In this document: positions 8,672 through 18,107 of the stretch, one piece after another | How the letters are laid out: every line of letters begins with the position of its first letter | Numbering within the stretch: the first letter of the stretch is position 1 | Source of the DNA: an uncultured delta proteobacterium | Lineage (GTDB): Bacteria; Myxococcota_A; Polyangia; Fen-1088 | Length of the DNA stretch: 64,000 bases | Direction: 5' to 3' | Assembly: GCA_963796685.1 (NCBI GenBank) | Contig: CAWCMR010000013.1 | Coordinates: 384,001 to 448,000 of the forward strand | Translations under genes and position numbers: made by a program | The notes under the pieces: model-generated | Database searches by the model: none | What the model was told of the DNA's origin: nothing | The model's input: the letters and a program-made list of their open reading frames with translations, nothing else

Positions 8672-9472
8672 ATGAAGAGGCTCGCCTTAGGAGGGATGGC
8701 TGCCCTGACAGCCCTGCTTTCGCATTGGGGGTGCGCGACTCTCACTCCAGAGCAAGCTGCCGAACGAAGGCGGGAGAGGGATGAGGAAAACCAGCGAAGG
8801 GTGATGCAGCGGGAACTCGCGACGTCACCGCCGCCAGTCGCCCCCTACACCGCCCGCCCACCGCTCTGCAACGAGACAAGATCGCCCGGCGTCATCAAAG
8901 TTACCTGCCGGGCCTACGACAATGTGCCATGGTACACAGGGGCAATTTTCGACCAAGTCCATCGGATGGCCGCCGAGTCCACGCTCGCCGCCGGCAAGTC
9001 CTACTTTCAAAGCCTAGGAATAGTGATTCTGGGTGTTCAGACTACCCAACCAATCTGCCGCGAAGAGGTTGATCGGACGTCCGCAGTGCTTGTTGGGATA
9101 GGCAATGCGCTAAGTGGGGCGGGCGAAACTAAGACCAGGTGCTCCACCACTGTGGGCAATGACGTTGAGTGCACCACAACGCCTGCCCCCCCGCCTGCAC
9201 GGCCCAAGTCCAGGACTGTCTGCGAAGGTGGTGGGGAACTTCAATGGATCGACTCGGTGGAGTCCTTTGAGATGCTAGATGCGGATCAGGCTGCCGCTCG
9301 TAGTGATCCCTTGATTCCCTCTGCGAAGCGGCCTATCGAAGCACGCGCGGTTCTCGCGCCAAGAACCGCAATTCAGCCGGTTCCCGCCAGTCGGGTGGCG
9401 CCCATCAGCCAGCCGTCGCGGTCCCGTCAGAACGCGGAAACTGACCGAAAGTCCGACCCCTTCGAGAAATAG
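8672..9472 (+). CDS. Cargo lipoprotein, Cys-containing, unknown function
   Basis: MKRLALGGMAALTALLSHWGC signal and lipobox-like Cys. Confidence 0.65.
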   Translation: MKRLALGGMAALTALLSHWGCATLTPEQAAERRRERDEENQRRVMQRELATSPPPVAPYTARPPLCNETRSPGVIKVTCRAYDNVPWYTGAIFDQVHRMAAESTLAAGKSYFQSLGIVILGVQTTQPICREEVDRTSAVLVGIGNALSGAGETKTRCSTTVGNDVECTTTPAPPPARPKSRTVCEGGGELQWIDSVESFEMLDADQAAARSDPLIPSAKRPIEARAVLAPRTAIQPVPASRVAPISQPSRSRQNAETDRKSDPFEK

Positions 9473-9718
9473 TGCCCAGTCCCGTGTGCGGCGCCTTCCG
9501 GCGATCTTGCACCAGCTAGAGAAGGTCATGAGTTTGGGCACCTCGCAGGCCAAGCTCCCCGGCGGCCCATCGGTTTGGTCTGTCAGGTGCGTCGGATGTT
9601 GTCCTGGCGCATGGTGGCCATAGTGTGCCCAATCGCCCCTAAGAGGTGCCCATTTCTGGCGGTCATACCTTTGCCACAACCGAGAGAAAACCACGCCGTG
9701 ATTGGGGTGACGGTGCCC
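9472..9718. promoter_or_regulatory. Cluster of GTGCCC(A) motifs, putative integrase arm-type sites
   Basis: GTGCCCA at 9472, 9625, 9646; inverted TGGGCAC at 9535; GTGCCC at 9713; all in non-coding DNA next to the crossover. Confidence 0.55.
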
Positions 9719-9747
9719 CTTGTTCACGGGCCGTAAAAACCAAGCTC

Positions 9748-9786
9748 TTAGGAAACCGCCGCTCTATCCACCTGAGCTACGGGGCC
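9748..9786 (-). tRNA. 5' half of tRNA-Arg(CCT), interrupted after the anticodon loop (att junction)
   Basis: GGCCCCG TA GCTC AGGTGGATA GAGC G GCGGT TTCCTAA gives acceptor 5' strand, D arm, anticodon 5' strand and loop; followed by GAGCT instead of ACCGC, with no T arm. Confidence 0.9.
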
Positions 9787-9855
9787 AAACGGTTGAACCA
9801 TTAGATAGTCTGTTTCGCGGCGGAGATCCATCCTCGGATGCGGCGTTGTTCTCGC

Positions 9856-12852
9856 TCAGCCCTTGGGCTTGGCCGGGGATGGCGACGGGACGGGGCGCGC
9901 GAGGCCGGGGGCGGTTGGGGCATTGCCTTCCGGTGCGAGCGGGGTTCCGAGATCCACGGGGGGCTCGTCACCGATGGTCATGGGAAGGTCCAAGACACCC
10001 TCGCCCTGTGGGGTGGGGGGCACCGAGGCACCGCCTTGTTGTGGAGGCGGGGAGGGGGGCGCCAGGGAGGCGGGAAGGACGGTCTCGGAAAGCTCCGGCG
10101 ATAGTGGCCTGAGGCTCATCGTCAGCCTGCCGGCCCGCGCGGATCCCGTCGTGGGGGCCACGGTTTGCGCGACGGCCGGGGAAGTCGGGGAAATCAGGTC
10201 CACGATGGGCGTGTCCTCGAGTGAGATCTCGATTCCAGCCGGTCCCTTGGGCTCGACGGGGGTCGCGGTTGCTGGACCACCGCCCGCGGCAGCGGGGGAC
10301 TGGAAGACCGTGGCGGACGTCGCAAGCGCATGGGCGAGCGTTCCCGATGCGTCCGGGGCCTTGGTCATGTAAGAGGCGGCGTCGTCGACCTGCCGTTCGA
10401 GAGCGCGCGACACGAACTCCTGCCGCCGCTCCCACACCAGGTTGATGGTCATGTCGTGGACCTTCGCCTTCACCACGTGGTAGGGCCGATCGACGGTCAT
10501 TTCACGCGCGCTCACGCGGATGACATGAAATCCCTTCTGCATCTTCAACGCGACCCTGCCGTCCTTGCCCGTGGCCACGGCCTTGGCGCGCTCGTCGTCG
10601 AGCCACACCCGCGCACCTTCGACCGGGCCGCGATCGTCGACGACGAGGATCTTGAACTCGGCTTCGGCGGCCTCAAGGACATGGGCGACGAAGGATGTCT
10701 TGCGCGCCTGCACTGCCACTTCCTGGGGCGGCTCTCGCAGCAGCATGGTTTGGCGGCCTCGGGTGTAGATGCCGTAAAGGTGAACGTACCACTTGCCGCG
10801 CGGGATCCCGCGGAAGGTCGTGTTCTGGTCGATGTTCCAGGCTTCGAAGCGCCGCTTGCGCTTCCCCAGCCACTCCAGCTTCTTGCGATAGGCGGTCAGG
10901 TTGGTGATGGACGGCGTGTGCGGCGAGCGGGAGATGAGAATCGAGAACAGCTCGTCCTTGGCATCCGAGTCCCACTGCACCCTGACCACGATGGTGCCCC
11001 GCAGCGAAAGCGCGATGGCCCAGGCGAGCGTGGCCAGGAAGGCCAGCGCGATGAGCCCGATGAGAAGCGGGTTCAGCACCATCAGACCGGTCGAGCGTCC
11101 CACGAGCGAGGTCTCGATGCGGTCGGCCCGCTGGTGTGCGACGTCGTACAGGACTAGCTCGAGCGTCACCCACGGCGCCAAACTGGCGGGCCGAATGCGA
11201 TAGAGCAGGAGCGCACCGCAGCCCAGATCGTGGGCCATGGTGGCGATGCCCTCGTCGGTCAGACGCGCGGGCGGCAGGATCTCGGTTTCAATCTTGGCCC
11301 GGGTCGCTTGCAGCTCCCACGGCGCGCGTCGCAAGGCTTCCAGCAGGCCTTCGCTCATGTGCTCCTTGCGCACGAGAAAGGGCCAGTAGAAGGGCTGGCC
11401 GCTACCCGGCAGGGCAGCGATCTGGATGGTCGAGAGGGCGGGGTCGTAGAGGTTGTCGAAGCCTTGGAGGATCTGGCGCAGGTTGCTTGCGAGCGGGCTA
11501 GGGGGCCCGCTTGGCTTTTCTGGTCCAATGTCCGCCGCGATCGCCTTGGCCTCTTCCTGGCGCTTGACGAGCTTCTGCGACAGACCGGCCGAGGCCCTGT
11601 CCGCTTCCGCGCCGAGGCGCGCGCTGATGGCCTTGACTTGATCGGCGTTGAGCTCCTGGACCTGAACCAGCGAGGCCGCTTGCCCTGCCTGTTCGCCGGA
11701 CGCGAGCGCTCTGGCGGCCAGGGTCGAGGCCAGTCCAGGTTCTTGGAACGCGAGCTTCTCGGCCGCCGCCAGCGCCGCAGCTTCCGTCTTGGGACCGAAC
11801 GTGCCAGGGGCCGTGGCGGCGATGATGGGCAGAAGGGGGCGCCATTCCGATGCTGGTCTTCCCACCAGCGGCGCAAGGGCGGCGTCCCGATTGTCGATGG
11901 GGTCGCCGCGCGCGATGGCCAGGGACACCGCCCCCAGCGCGGTGGCCGACAAATTGTGCGACCCGCGCAGCAAGGTCAGCTCGGCTTCCGCCGCGGGGAA
12001 GCTCTTGAGGGCAGCCAGAGCGCGCACTTTGGTCGCGCGCAAGGCGGCGTTTTGGGGGTTCGTGGACAACCCGTCATCGGCCAGTTGGACGGCGACGGCC
12101 CAATCGCCAAGCAACAACCTTGCCTGGGCACGGGGGAGGGCAGGCAGGGCAGGATCCTCGGCCAGAGTGAGCAGGATGTTCCTGGCGCCCGCCAAACGGG
12201 ACACGACTGCGGGCAGCGCGAGATCGACGGCACGCGACGCCGCCGCCGGATCGCTCGACACCATGGCCGACTCGGCCGCGAGGAAGGGGCGCACGTCGGC
12301 GAGTCCGGCCTCGGCCATGTCGCCCAGCGTGACACCGATGGCCGGAGCGATTCGCCTGGCCAGCCTTCGGGCGAGCTCGGCCACGTCGCCAGTCGCTGCC
12401 GAGGCGGAAATGCGCAGGAGTCGCCTGCCGCTCGGTCCGATCATGGTGCCGGCCACGGTCGTGCCCTTCTGACCTACCTGCAGCTCCCACAGAATCAAGG
12501 CATCGGCCGCCATGCGCTCGATGAGCCTGGTCCCGATGTCGCTGGACACGGTCAAGTCCTTTCCGGGAGCTTTCCCCGTCAGCGCCTCGATGGCCAAGGC
12601 CAATTCACGCCTGGGCGCGATGACGCGCTGGCCAGGCTGTCCGGTCGATAGGTAGGATCGCACGAGCAGTGAAACGGCTCCGGCCAATTCGGCCTGGTCG
12701 GGCACGGCCATGGGATCGGGAACGACGACCACCTCGGCGGATGCCTTTCCGGACAGGCCGAGCGCCCATGCGCAGGCCAGGCCCGCAGCCAGAAATCTTC
12801 CCCTGGCCGCACCAAACGGCGACGGAGGCGACAGGGACGGGCACGGACGCAT
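9856..12852 (-). CDS. Large single-pass membrane protein of unknown function
   Basis: Signal peptide, Ala/Leu-rich TPR-like region, TM helix LLIGLIALAFLATLAWAIAL, beta-rich domains, Pro-rich tail. Confidence 0.8.
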   Translation of the reverse strand: MRPCPSLSPPSPFGAARGRFLAAGLACAWALGLSGKASAEVVVVPDPMAVPDQAELAGAVSLLVRSYLSTGQPGQRVIAPRRELALAIEALTGKAPGKDLTVSSDIGTRLIERMAADALILWELQVGQKGTTVAGTMIGPSGRRLLRISASAATGDVAELARRLARRIAPAIGVTLGDMAEAGLADVRPFLAAESAMVSSDPAAASRAVDLALPAVVSRLAGARNILLTLAEDPALPALPRAQARLLLGDWAVAVQLADDGLSTNPQNAALRATKVRALAALKSFPAAEAELTLLRGSHNLSATALGAVSLAIARGDPIDNRDAALAPLVGRPASEWRPLLPIIAATAPGTFGPKTEAAALAAAEKLAFQEPGLASTLAARALASGEQAGQAASLVQVQELNADQVKAISARLGAEADRASAGLSQKLVKRQEEAKAIAADIGPEKPSGPPSPLASNLRQILQGFDNLYDPALSTIQIAALPGSGQPFYWPFLVRKEHMSEGLLEALRRAPWELQATRAKIETEILPPARLTDEGIATMAHDLGCGALLLYRIRPASLAPWVTLELVLYDVAHQRADRIETSLVGRSTGLMVLNPLLIGLIALAFLATLAWAIALSLRGTIVVRVQWDSDAKDELFSILISRSPHTPSITNLTAYRKKLEWLGKRKRRFEAWNIDQNTTFRGIPRGKWYVHLYGIYTRGRQTMLLREPPQEVAVQARKTSFVAHVLEAAEAEFKILVVDDRGPVEGARVWLDDERAKAVATGKDGRVALKMQKGFHVIRVSAREMTVDRPYHVVKAKVHDMTINLVWERRQEFVSRALERQVDDAASYMTKAPDASGTLAHALATSATVFQSPAAAGGGPATATPVEPKGPAGIEISLEDTPIVDLISPTSPAVAQTVAPTTGSARAGRLTMSLRPLSPELSETVLPASLAPPSPPPQQGGASVPPTPQGEGVLDLPMTIGDEPPVDLGTPLAPEGNAPTAPGLARPVPSPSPAKPKG

Positions 12853-12962
12853 CGTGGTATTCTCGCAGGATTCGGGTAACGCGGTCGTAACAGTTCAGGC
12901 TATCCCGCGCGACCTTAGAGCCCCTCTGAAGTCCGGGTGCAGCGATGGTAGAGTGCCCGGCC

Positions 12963-14174
12963 ATGCGAGATGTCCCAGTGTTCTACATTTCACTGTTCGC
13001 GATTTCCACTGCGCTGTTTGCAGCCGGCTGCCATTCCGACCGGAATGGCGCGATCGCGCCGCCCGACTCCTACGTGCTCTTCGTTCCAAGCACACCAGTT
13101 TTGCCCGGCAGCCCCGTGACTGGGCCCCTGCGCGTGGAAAGGGCGGACCTCAAGACGCCCGCGGTACAGCCAATTCCCAGGCTGTTCGAGGATGGTTTTG
13201 CCTCGGAGATGTTGCGAACGGTCTATCTGGCGGGACAGTACCTGCGCGATGCCGTGGTGGACGGTCGACGTTTTTCGGACCTTGCACGGGCCAATGGCAG
13301 CTTGCCGGTTTGTCTCGTGGTCGGCGCGGATCGCCCGACCTATGCGCGTGGCTTGTCCATCGCAGGCGGCTTCTTCGGCGGTTCCGTGAATAGACCCGAC
13401 TTGCCTTGGATTGGCGTTGCCGCCGATCCGGCCGGCGACAAAGCGCTGGTCCAGACCCTGACCGCGCGCCTGGCAGACTACGCGGCCCGGCTGGTCGCCA
13501 CTGGCGGCCTGCTCGACGCCGCGCCCGCGCCACCCAAGGCACTCGTCGACGGCTACCGCATGGCCATGGAAGTGGTCGCCCGTGAATGGCGCTACACCCC
13601 TGGGCCGGCGGGCGTGATCCAGACCAGTGAAGGAACCCCGGAGCAACGCGCGCTGTTCGGCAACATTCGGGAGAACCGCTACATCCTCGCCGAGGGGAGC
13701 GCTGACCTTCGACCGGCGCGCCAGCTTCTCGATTCGCCTGGAGTGGCCGCGACCATTCTCTACCGGATGGCCCAGGATCGGGCGGTCGGGCCGCGGGTCG
13801 CGCCCGAGGCCTTTTACGCCCCTTACGCCGCCAACCGCATGCCCAAAGGCGTGAGCCCGGCGGCGATTCTCGGCACCTTCAGGAACTTCCAAGCCAAGCT
13901 GCTGGGAGTCTGGGCGGGCGCGGTGCTGCGCGGAAAAGCGCCCACGGATATCGCCGATCTGGTCGACCTATACGGTGCTCAATTTCCCGCCGAGCGTGCG
14001 GAGGTTATCCGCATCTTCGTGGTGACCACCTACGGCGGCACCATCAAGCCCGGCGGATGCTCCATGAAGCCACAAGACGCACGCCAAACGCTGGCCGAGC
14101 TGACCACCCTGGCGGCCGAGGTCGGCGCCGGTCGCAAGACCCTGCGCGACGCGCTCGGGGCCGGTGAGAAGTAA
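12963..14174 (+). CDS. Hypothetical lipoprotein
   Basis: Hydrophobic N-terminus with LFAAGC lipobox; ~400 aa ORF. Confidence 0.75.
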   Translation: MRDVPVFYISLFAISTALFAAGCHSDRNGAIAPPDSYVLFVPSTPVLPGSPVTGPLRVERADLKTPAVQPIPRLFEDGFASEMLRTVYLAGQYLRDAVVDGRRFSDLARANGSLPVCLVVGADRPTYARGLSIAGGFFGGSVNRPDLPWIGVAADPAGDKALVQTLTARLADYAARLVATGGLLDAAPAPPKALVDGYRMAMEVVAREWRYTPGPAGVIQTSEGTPEQRALFGNIRENRYILAEGSADLRPARQLLDSPGVAATILYRMAQDRAVGPRVAPEAFYAPYAANRMPKGVSPAAILGTFRNFQAKLLGVWAGAVLRGKAPTDIADLVDLYGAQFPAERAEVIRIFVVTTYGGTIKPGGCSMKPQDARQTLAELTTLAAEVGAGRKTLRDALGAGEK

Positions 14175-14218
14175 ATGCAATCTAGCCGCCCCGACGCCTT
14201 CCGGGTTATGTAAGCCAG

Positions 14219-15175
14219 GTGAGCACGATCGATTTCTCCAAAAGCCGAATCCTGGTTACCGGCGGGGCCGGCTTTCTGGGCAGCTTTCTGGTCGAGGCGC
14301 TGCGGGTCCGCGGGGCGGCGGACATCGTCGTGCCGCGCAGCCGCGACTGGGATCTGGTCGACCGGCAGGCGTGCCGACGTCTGATCGCGGAGGCCCGGCC
14401 GGATTTGGTGTTCCATCTGGCGGCCCGCGTGGGTGGCATCGGCGCCAACCGCGACAACCCTGGCCGCTTCATGTTCGAGAACGCCATGATGGGCCTGCAC
14501 GTGTTCGAAGAGTGCCGCCTGGCCGGGGTGAAGAAGCTGGTAGCCACCGGCACCATCTGCGCGTACCCCAAGTTTGCGCCTTTGCCGTTCCGCGAGGAAG
14601 ATCTGTGGAACGGCTACCCCGAGGAAACCAACGCTCCGTATGGCATCGCGAAGAAGATGATGTTGGTGCTGTCACAGGGCTACCGCGAGCAGTACGGCAT
14701 GAACAGCGTCGTCCTGTTCCCGGTCAACCTCTACGGGCCGCGCGACAACTTCGATCCGCGCTCGTCGCACGTCATTCCGGCGCTGGTGCGCAAGTGTGTC
14801 GAGGCGCGGGAAGTGGGCAGGGACGAGATCGTGCTGTGGGGTGACGGTTCGCCCACGCGCGAGTTCCTCTATGCCGGCGACGCCGCTTTGGGCCTGGTCA
14901 TGGCGGCCGCCAGCTACGATTCCAGCGAGCCGGTGAACCTGGGTACCGGGCAGGAGATTTCGATCCTCGACCTGGCCACGCTCATCGCCGAGAAGACCGG
15001 ATTCCGCGGGCGCCTGCGCTGGGACAAAAGCCAGCCCAACGGGCAGCCGCGCCGCCGCCTGGATGTCTCGCGGGCGCGCGAGCGCTTCGGCTTCGAGGCC
15101 AAGACTTCGTTCGCCGATGGCTTGCGCGCAACCATCGACTACTTCGAGGAAAACTACAAAAAGGGAGCTCTATGA
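14219..15175 (+). CDS. fcl: GDP-L-fucose synthase
   Basis: GGAGFLG; [12 protein letters not shown]; YGIAK; [11 protein letters not shown]; SHVIPAL; [12 protein letters not shown]. Confidence 0.96.
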   Translation: MSTIDFSKSRILVTGGAGFLGSFLVEALRVRGAADIVVPRSRDWDLVDRQACRRLIAEARPDLVFHLAARVGGIGANRDNPGRFMFENAMMGLHVFEECRLAGVKKLVATGTICAYPKFAPLPFREEDLWNGYPEETNAPYGIAKKMMLVLSQGYREQYGMNSVVLFPVNLYGPRDNFDPRSSHVIPALVRKCVEAREVGRDEIVLWGDGSPTREFLYAGDAALGLVMAAASYDSSEPVNLGTGQEISILDLATLIAEKTGFRGRLRWDKSQPNGQPRRRLDVSRARERFGFEAKTSFADGLRATIDYFEENYKKGAL

Positions 15176-16176
15176 AACGTGCGCTGATTACCGGGGTAAC
15201 CGGCCAAGACGGATCGTATCTGGCCGAGTTGCTCCTCGAGAAGGGCTACGAGGTCATCGGCATGGTACGCCGGTCCAGCTCTTTCAACACCGATCGTATC
15301 GAGGGCATCTACCAGGATCCGCACAGCAGCGACTATCGCTTTCGCTTGGTTTACGGCGACCTCGACGACGCCAGCTCGCTCAACCACATCATCCGCACCA
15401 ACGCGCCCGACGAGATCTACAACCTGGGCGCGCAAAGCCACGTGCGGGTCAGCTTCGACGTCCCCGAGTACACCGCGGACACGGTCGCACTTGGCACCTT
15501 GCGCTTGCTGGAAACCCTTCGCGAAACCGGCCACAAGTGCAAGCTGTACCAGGCGTCGTCGAGCGAGATGTTCGGCGGCTCGCCGCCGCCGCAGAGTGAA
15601 AGCACGCCGCTACGACCGCGCAGCCCCTATGCCTGCGCCAAGGTCTTCGCGCACCACCTGTGCGAGAACTACCGCGAGGCCTACGGCATGTTCATCTGCA
15701 GCGGGATCCTTTTCAACCATGAGTCGCCCAGGCGCGGCATTCCGTTCGTGACCCGCAAGATCACGCGGGCCGCGGCCCGCATCAGCCACGGCCTCGACAA
15801 GAAACTGTACATGGGGAACCTGGATGCCAAGCGCGATTGGGGCTTCGCTGGCGACTACGTGGAAGCCATGTGGCTGATGCTTCAGCAGGAGAAGCCCGAC
15901 GACTACGTCATCGCGACCGGCGAGGCGCATTCCGTGCGCGACGCGCTGGAGGTGGCATTCGGTACCCTGGGCCTCGACTACCAGAAGTACGTCGAGATCG
16001 ATCCGCGCTACTACCGGCCGACCGAGGTCGACCACCTGTGCGGCGATGCCAGCAAGGCGAAAGCCAAGCTCGGCTGGGCGCCGCGGGTGCGCTTCAAGGA
16101 GCTCATCGAGATGATGGTGAAGTCCGACGAAGCCGACGTACGCGCGACTCTGCAGGGCAGGGCACCGACAGTGTAG
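15172..16176 (+). CDS. gmd: GDP-mannose 4,6-dehydratase
   Basis: [16 protein letters not shown]; [12 protein letters not shown]; PRSPYACAK; [10 protein letters not shown]; [10 protein letters not shown]. Confidence 0.97.
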   Translation: MKRALITGVTGQDGSYLAELLLEKGYEVIGMVRRSSSFNTDRIEGIYQDPHSSDYRFRLVYGDLDDASSLNHIIRTNAPDEIYNLGAQSHVRVSFDVPEYTADTVALGTLRLLETLRETGHKCKLYQASSSEMFGGSPPPQSESTPLRPRSPYACAKVFAHHLCENYREAYGMFICSGILFNHESPRRGIPFVTRKITRAAARISHGLDKKLYMGNLDAKRDWGFAGDYVEAMWLMLQQEKPDDYVIATGEAHSVRDALEVAFGTLGLDYQKYVEIDPRYYRPTEVDHLCGDASKAKAKLGWAPRVRFKELIEMMVKSDEADVRATLQGRAPTV

Positions 16177-16229
16177 GCATTGCTGCTGACGCCGGTTGGC
16201 TGTTCGTAGTCTCGTCGCCGCGCGCCACC

Positions 16230-17132
16230 CTAGAAATCGTCGATAGGGTGCGGCGTACAGGCGCCGGGAGCAAACCGGCGATCGGGATGGCGGGCTCTGA
16301 GAGCGTTCAGCTCGGCGCGCGTGTAACCGTCAGGGGCCCCGCAGGGAAGACGGCGCTTGATGAACAAATCAATCATTTCGGCGGCACGCTGGCCTTCTGG
16401 CGTGCTGTCGGCCTGGGACCAAAGCTGGTAGATGATGTGGCGGCGCTCGCGCGGACTGTAGCGGGTGTCGGCCCAGAGCGCTTCCAGGCGCTGCGGGAAG
16501 AAGTCGAGCGTGTCCTTCATCGACTGCTTGCTTGCGTCGAGGGCGAGCTTCATGCGGAACTCGAAGGTCGCGGACAGGAAACGGGCTTTCTCGCGGGCGT
16601 AGGGGTCTTGGCCGAGACCGCGCATGAACTCATCCGTGAGATCGAAGCTTTCGGTCACGGCGATCAAGCTCCCGTTCATCGGAATCGGCGTTCCACAAGA
16701 AGAGCCGGGTGGGCAAAGATCGCCATGCTCCGGCGTACGCCGCGGGGGATGCGCCCGCTCGAAGGGCGGGATCCAGGGCGACTGCTGAACCGACGCCTCG
16801 CCAGCGCTTCGTTCGAGCAACTCCGGTTTACGCTGGACCCGAGGGATGACGATCCAGGCGAAGGGAACGAAGCTCGTCGAGACCTGCTTGTCCTTGAAGC
16901 TTACCGCTCCGTCGGGCGCTATTCGCGCATCGAATCGCGGACCTTGGTAGAGATAGCCTTGACCCCGGATACGCAAGCCGTACCCGCCTATGACGTTGGG
17001 GCTATAGGCGTTTTCGACCGCTCCAACCGGTTGAGGAGGAGGCGTGGCCAAGAGTGGAACCCCTGCGTCGGGCTTGGCGCCCGCGTCGTGCGACAATGCA
17101 GCCAGCATAGCCAGTCCAAGGGAAATGCTCAT
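16230..17132 (-). CDS. Hypothetical secreted protein
   Basis: Signal peptide; FDARIAPDGAVSF and FDLTDEFMRGLGQDPY segments. Confidence 0.75.
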   Translation of the reverse strand: MSISLGLAMLAALSHDAGAKPDAGVPLLATPPPQPVGAVENAYSPNVIGGYGLRIRGQGYLYQGPRFDARIAPDGAVSFKDKQVSTSFVPFAWIVIPRVQRKPELLERSAGEASVQQSPWIPPFERAHPPRRTPEHGDLCPPGSSCGTPIPMNGSLIAVTESFDLTDEFMRGLGQDPYAREKARFLSATFEFRMKLALDASKQSMKDTLDFFPQRLEALWADTRYSPRERRHIIYQLWSQADSTPEGQRAAEMIDLFIKRRLPCGAPDGYTRAELNALRARHPDRRFAPGACTPHPIDDF

Positions 17133-17316
17133 GCGGAACCTCCTGGCGCACCGCCAACCGAGAAGTCAGCGGCGGGCATCGCGAACCGACTGAATTTCGT
17201 GCATCGCCGGTGCCAGCTCGAAGGCAAGAAGCGGCAACAAGGAAGCTGCGAGTCGGGGCAAAGATCGTGGCATCTTGCCGCGTGTGGCAAGTTGTCACGT
17301 GGTTTCTTCGAGTCCA

Positions 17317-17368
17317 AAGGGGACATTTCTACTTGGGCCGAAGGGGACATTTGGACTTGGGCGCTACA
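17317..17368 (-). mobile_element. Solo terminal end of an IS1202-family-like insertion sequence
   Basis: Minus strand reads TGTAGCGCCCAAGTCCAAATGTCCCCTT CGG CCCAAGTAGAAATGTCCCCTT: 5'-TGT terminus with tandem internal repeats; no transposase nearby. Confidence 0.7.
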
Positions 17369-17373
17369 CACGA

Positions 17374-17401
17374 ATGTCCGATAACAGATATTATGTCAAC
17401 T
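17374..17401 (+). other. dif-like XerC/XerD recombination site
   Basis: ATGTCCGATAA-CAGATA-TTATGTCAACT, 11-6-11 layout matching E. coli dif GGTGCGCATAA-TGTATA-TTATGTTAAAT; intergenic. Confidence 0.88.
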
Positions 17402-17457
17402 TGACGCCAAGCCAGCGATTGGGACACCGCGCCCTCTCGTTCCCATCTTCCACCCGC

Positions 17458-18075
17458 TTAGCGGGCCTGGGCCTTCAGACTCTCTGACTTTTCGGCCAGC
17501 AACGACTTCAGGTCTTCGAGGGCGCTGTCCATGTCGCTCGATCGGCCGTTTTGGCTCTCGATGGCCGCGATGGCCTTTTCGAGTGTATCGGCGTCCTTGA
17601 CGACGCGGCCGCGAATGGCGTCGTACATCTCGCGGAAGCCGGCATGGAAGGCCTGCAGCTCGTCGCCCTTGCGCAGATTGCCCATGTCCGAGGGCAGCTT
17701 GTTGTCGCGAACCCTGCCAAAGGCGGACCCGATGTTGTGCAGCGGTCCCGCGATTTTGTGGGTCATCCAAATACCGGCGGCAGTCACGGTGACCACCAAG
17801 AGCACGCCGAAGCAGATGATTCCCCATACGACCACCCGGTCGTTGGCTTCGAACTGCGCTCGCAGCTCTCGCTCGACGCTGGGCTCGACGGCCGCGGTCA
17901 TGGTCACGATGCGGGTGGTCTCCCGGGTGGCCACATAGATGCGGTAGCCGAGGAAGGCCGTCAGGAAGACCGCCACGGCGATGATGAACACCGTGTAGCG
18001 GAGCTGCAACCCGACATCGAGAAGATAGTTGCGTAGCTTGCGCTTGTGCTGCGGTACGCGCTCTGATTTCGTCAT
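17458..18075 (-). CDS. Two-TM HAMP-like domain membrane protein
   Basis: RKLRNYLLD..LQLRY N-terminus, two TM helices, THKIAGPL...LRKGDELQ. Confidence 0.8.
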   Translation of the reverse strand: MTKSERVPQHKRKLRNYLLDVGLQLRYTVFIIAVAVFLTAFLGYRIYVATRETTRIVTMTAAVEPSVERELRAQFEANDRVVVWGIICFGVLLVVTVTAAGIWMTHKIAGPLHNIGSAFGRVRDNKLPSDMGNLRKGDELQAFHAGFREMYDAIRGRVVKDADTLEKAIAAIESQNGRSSDMDSALEDLKSLLAEKSESLKAQAR

Positions 18076-18107
18076 GGATATGCTCCTATGCCTCGTGCCA
18101 TCCGTGC

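Larger units (their letters stand above)
1..9754 (-). mobile_element. Integrative phage-satellite-like (PICI-like) element inserted in tRNA-Arg(CCU); left end lies outside the window
   Basis: Co-directional integrase, TerS-like, P4-type primase-helicase and excisionase-like HTH genes; no capsid or tail genes visible; right boundary coincides with the 7-nt anticodon loop of a truncated tRNA. Confidence 0.85.

Noticed and set aside
9472-9747. Group I intron in tRNA-Arg(CCU), as known in some alphaproteobacteria
   Set aside because: No 3' exon follows within intron distance and I could not identify group I core elements; arm-like repeats and an integrase explain the break better.
1-9754. Complete prophage or ICE
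   Set aside because: No capsid, portal, tail, lysis, relaxase or T4SS genes between int and the att junction.
14219-16176. fcl-gmd as a horizontally acquired polysaccharide island near dif
   Set aside because: No adjacent transferases, mobility genes or obvious compositional shift; ordinary housekeeping pair.
17317-17361. Mini CRISPR array from two ~21-bp direct repeats
   Set aside because: Only two units 3 bp apart, no spacer, no cas genes; fits IS-end internal repeats.
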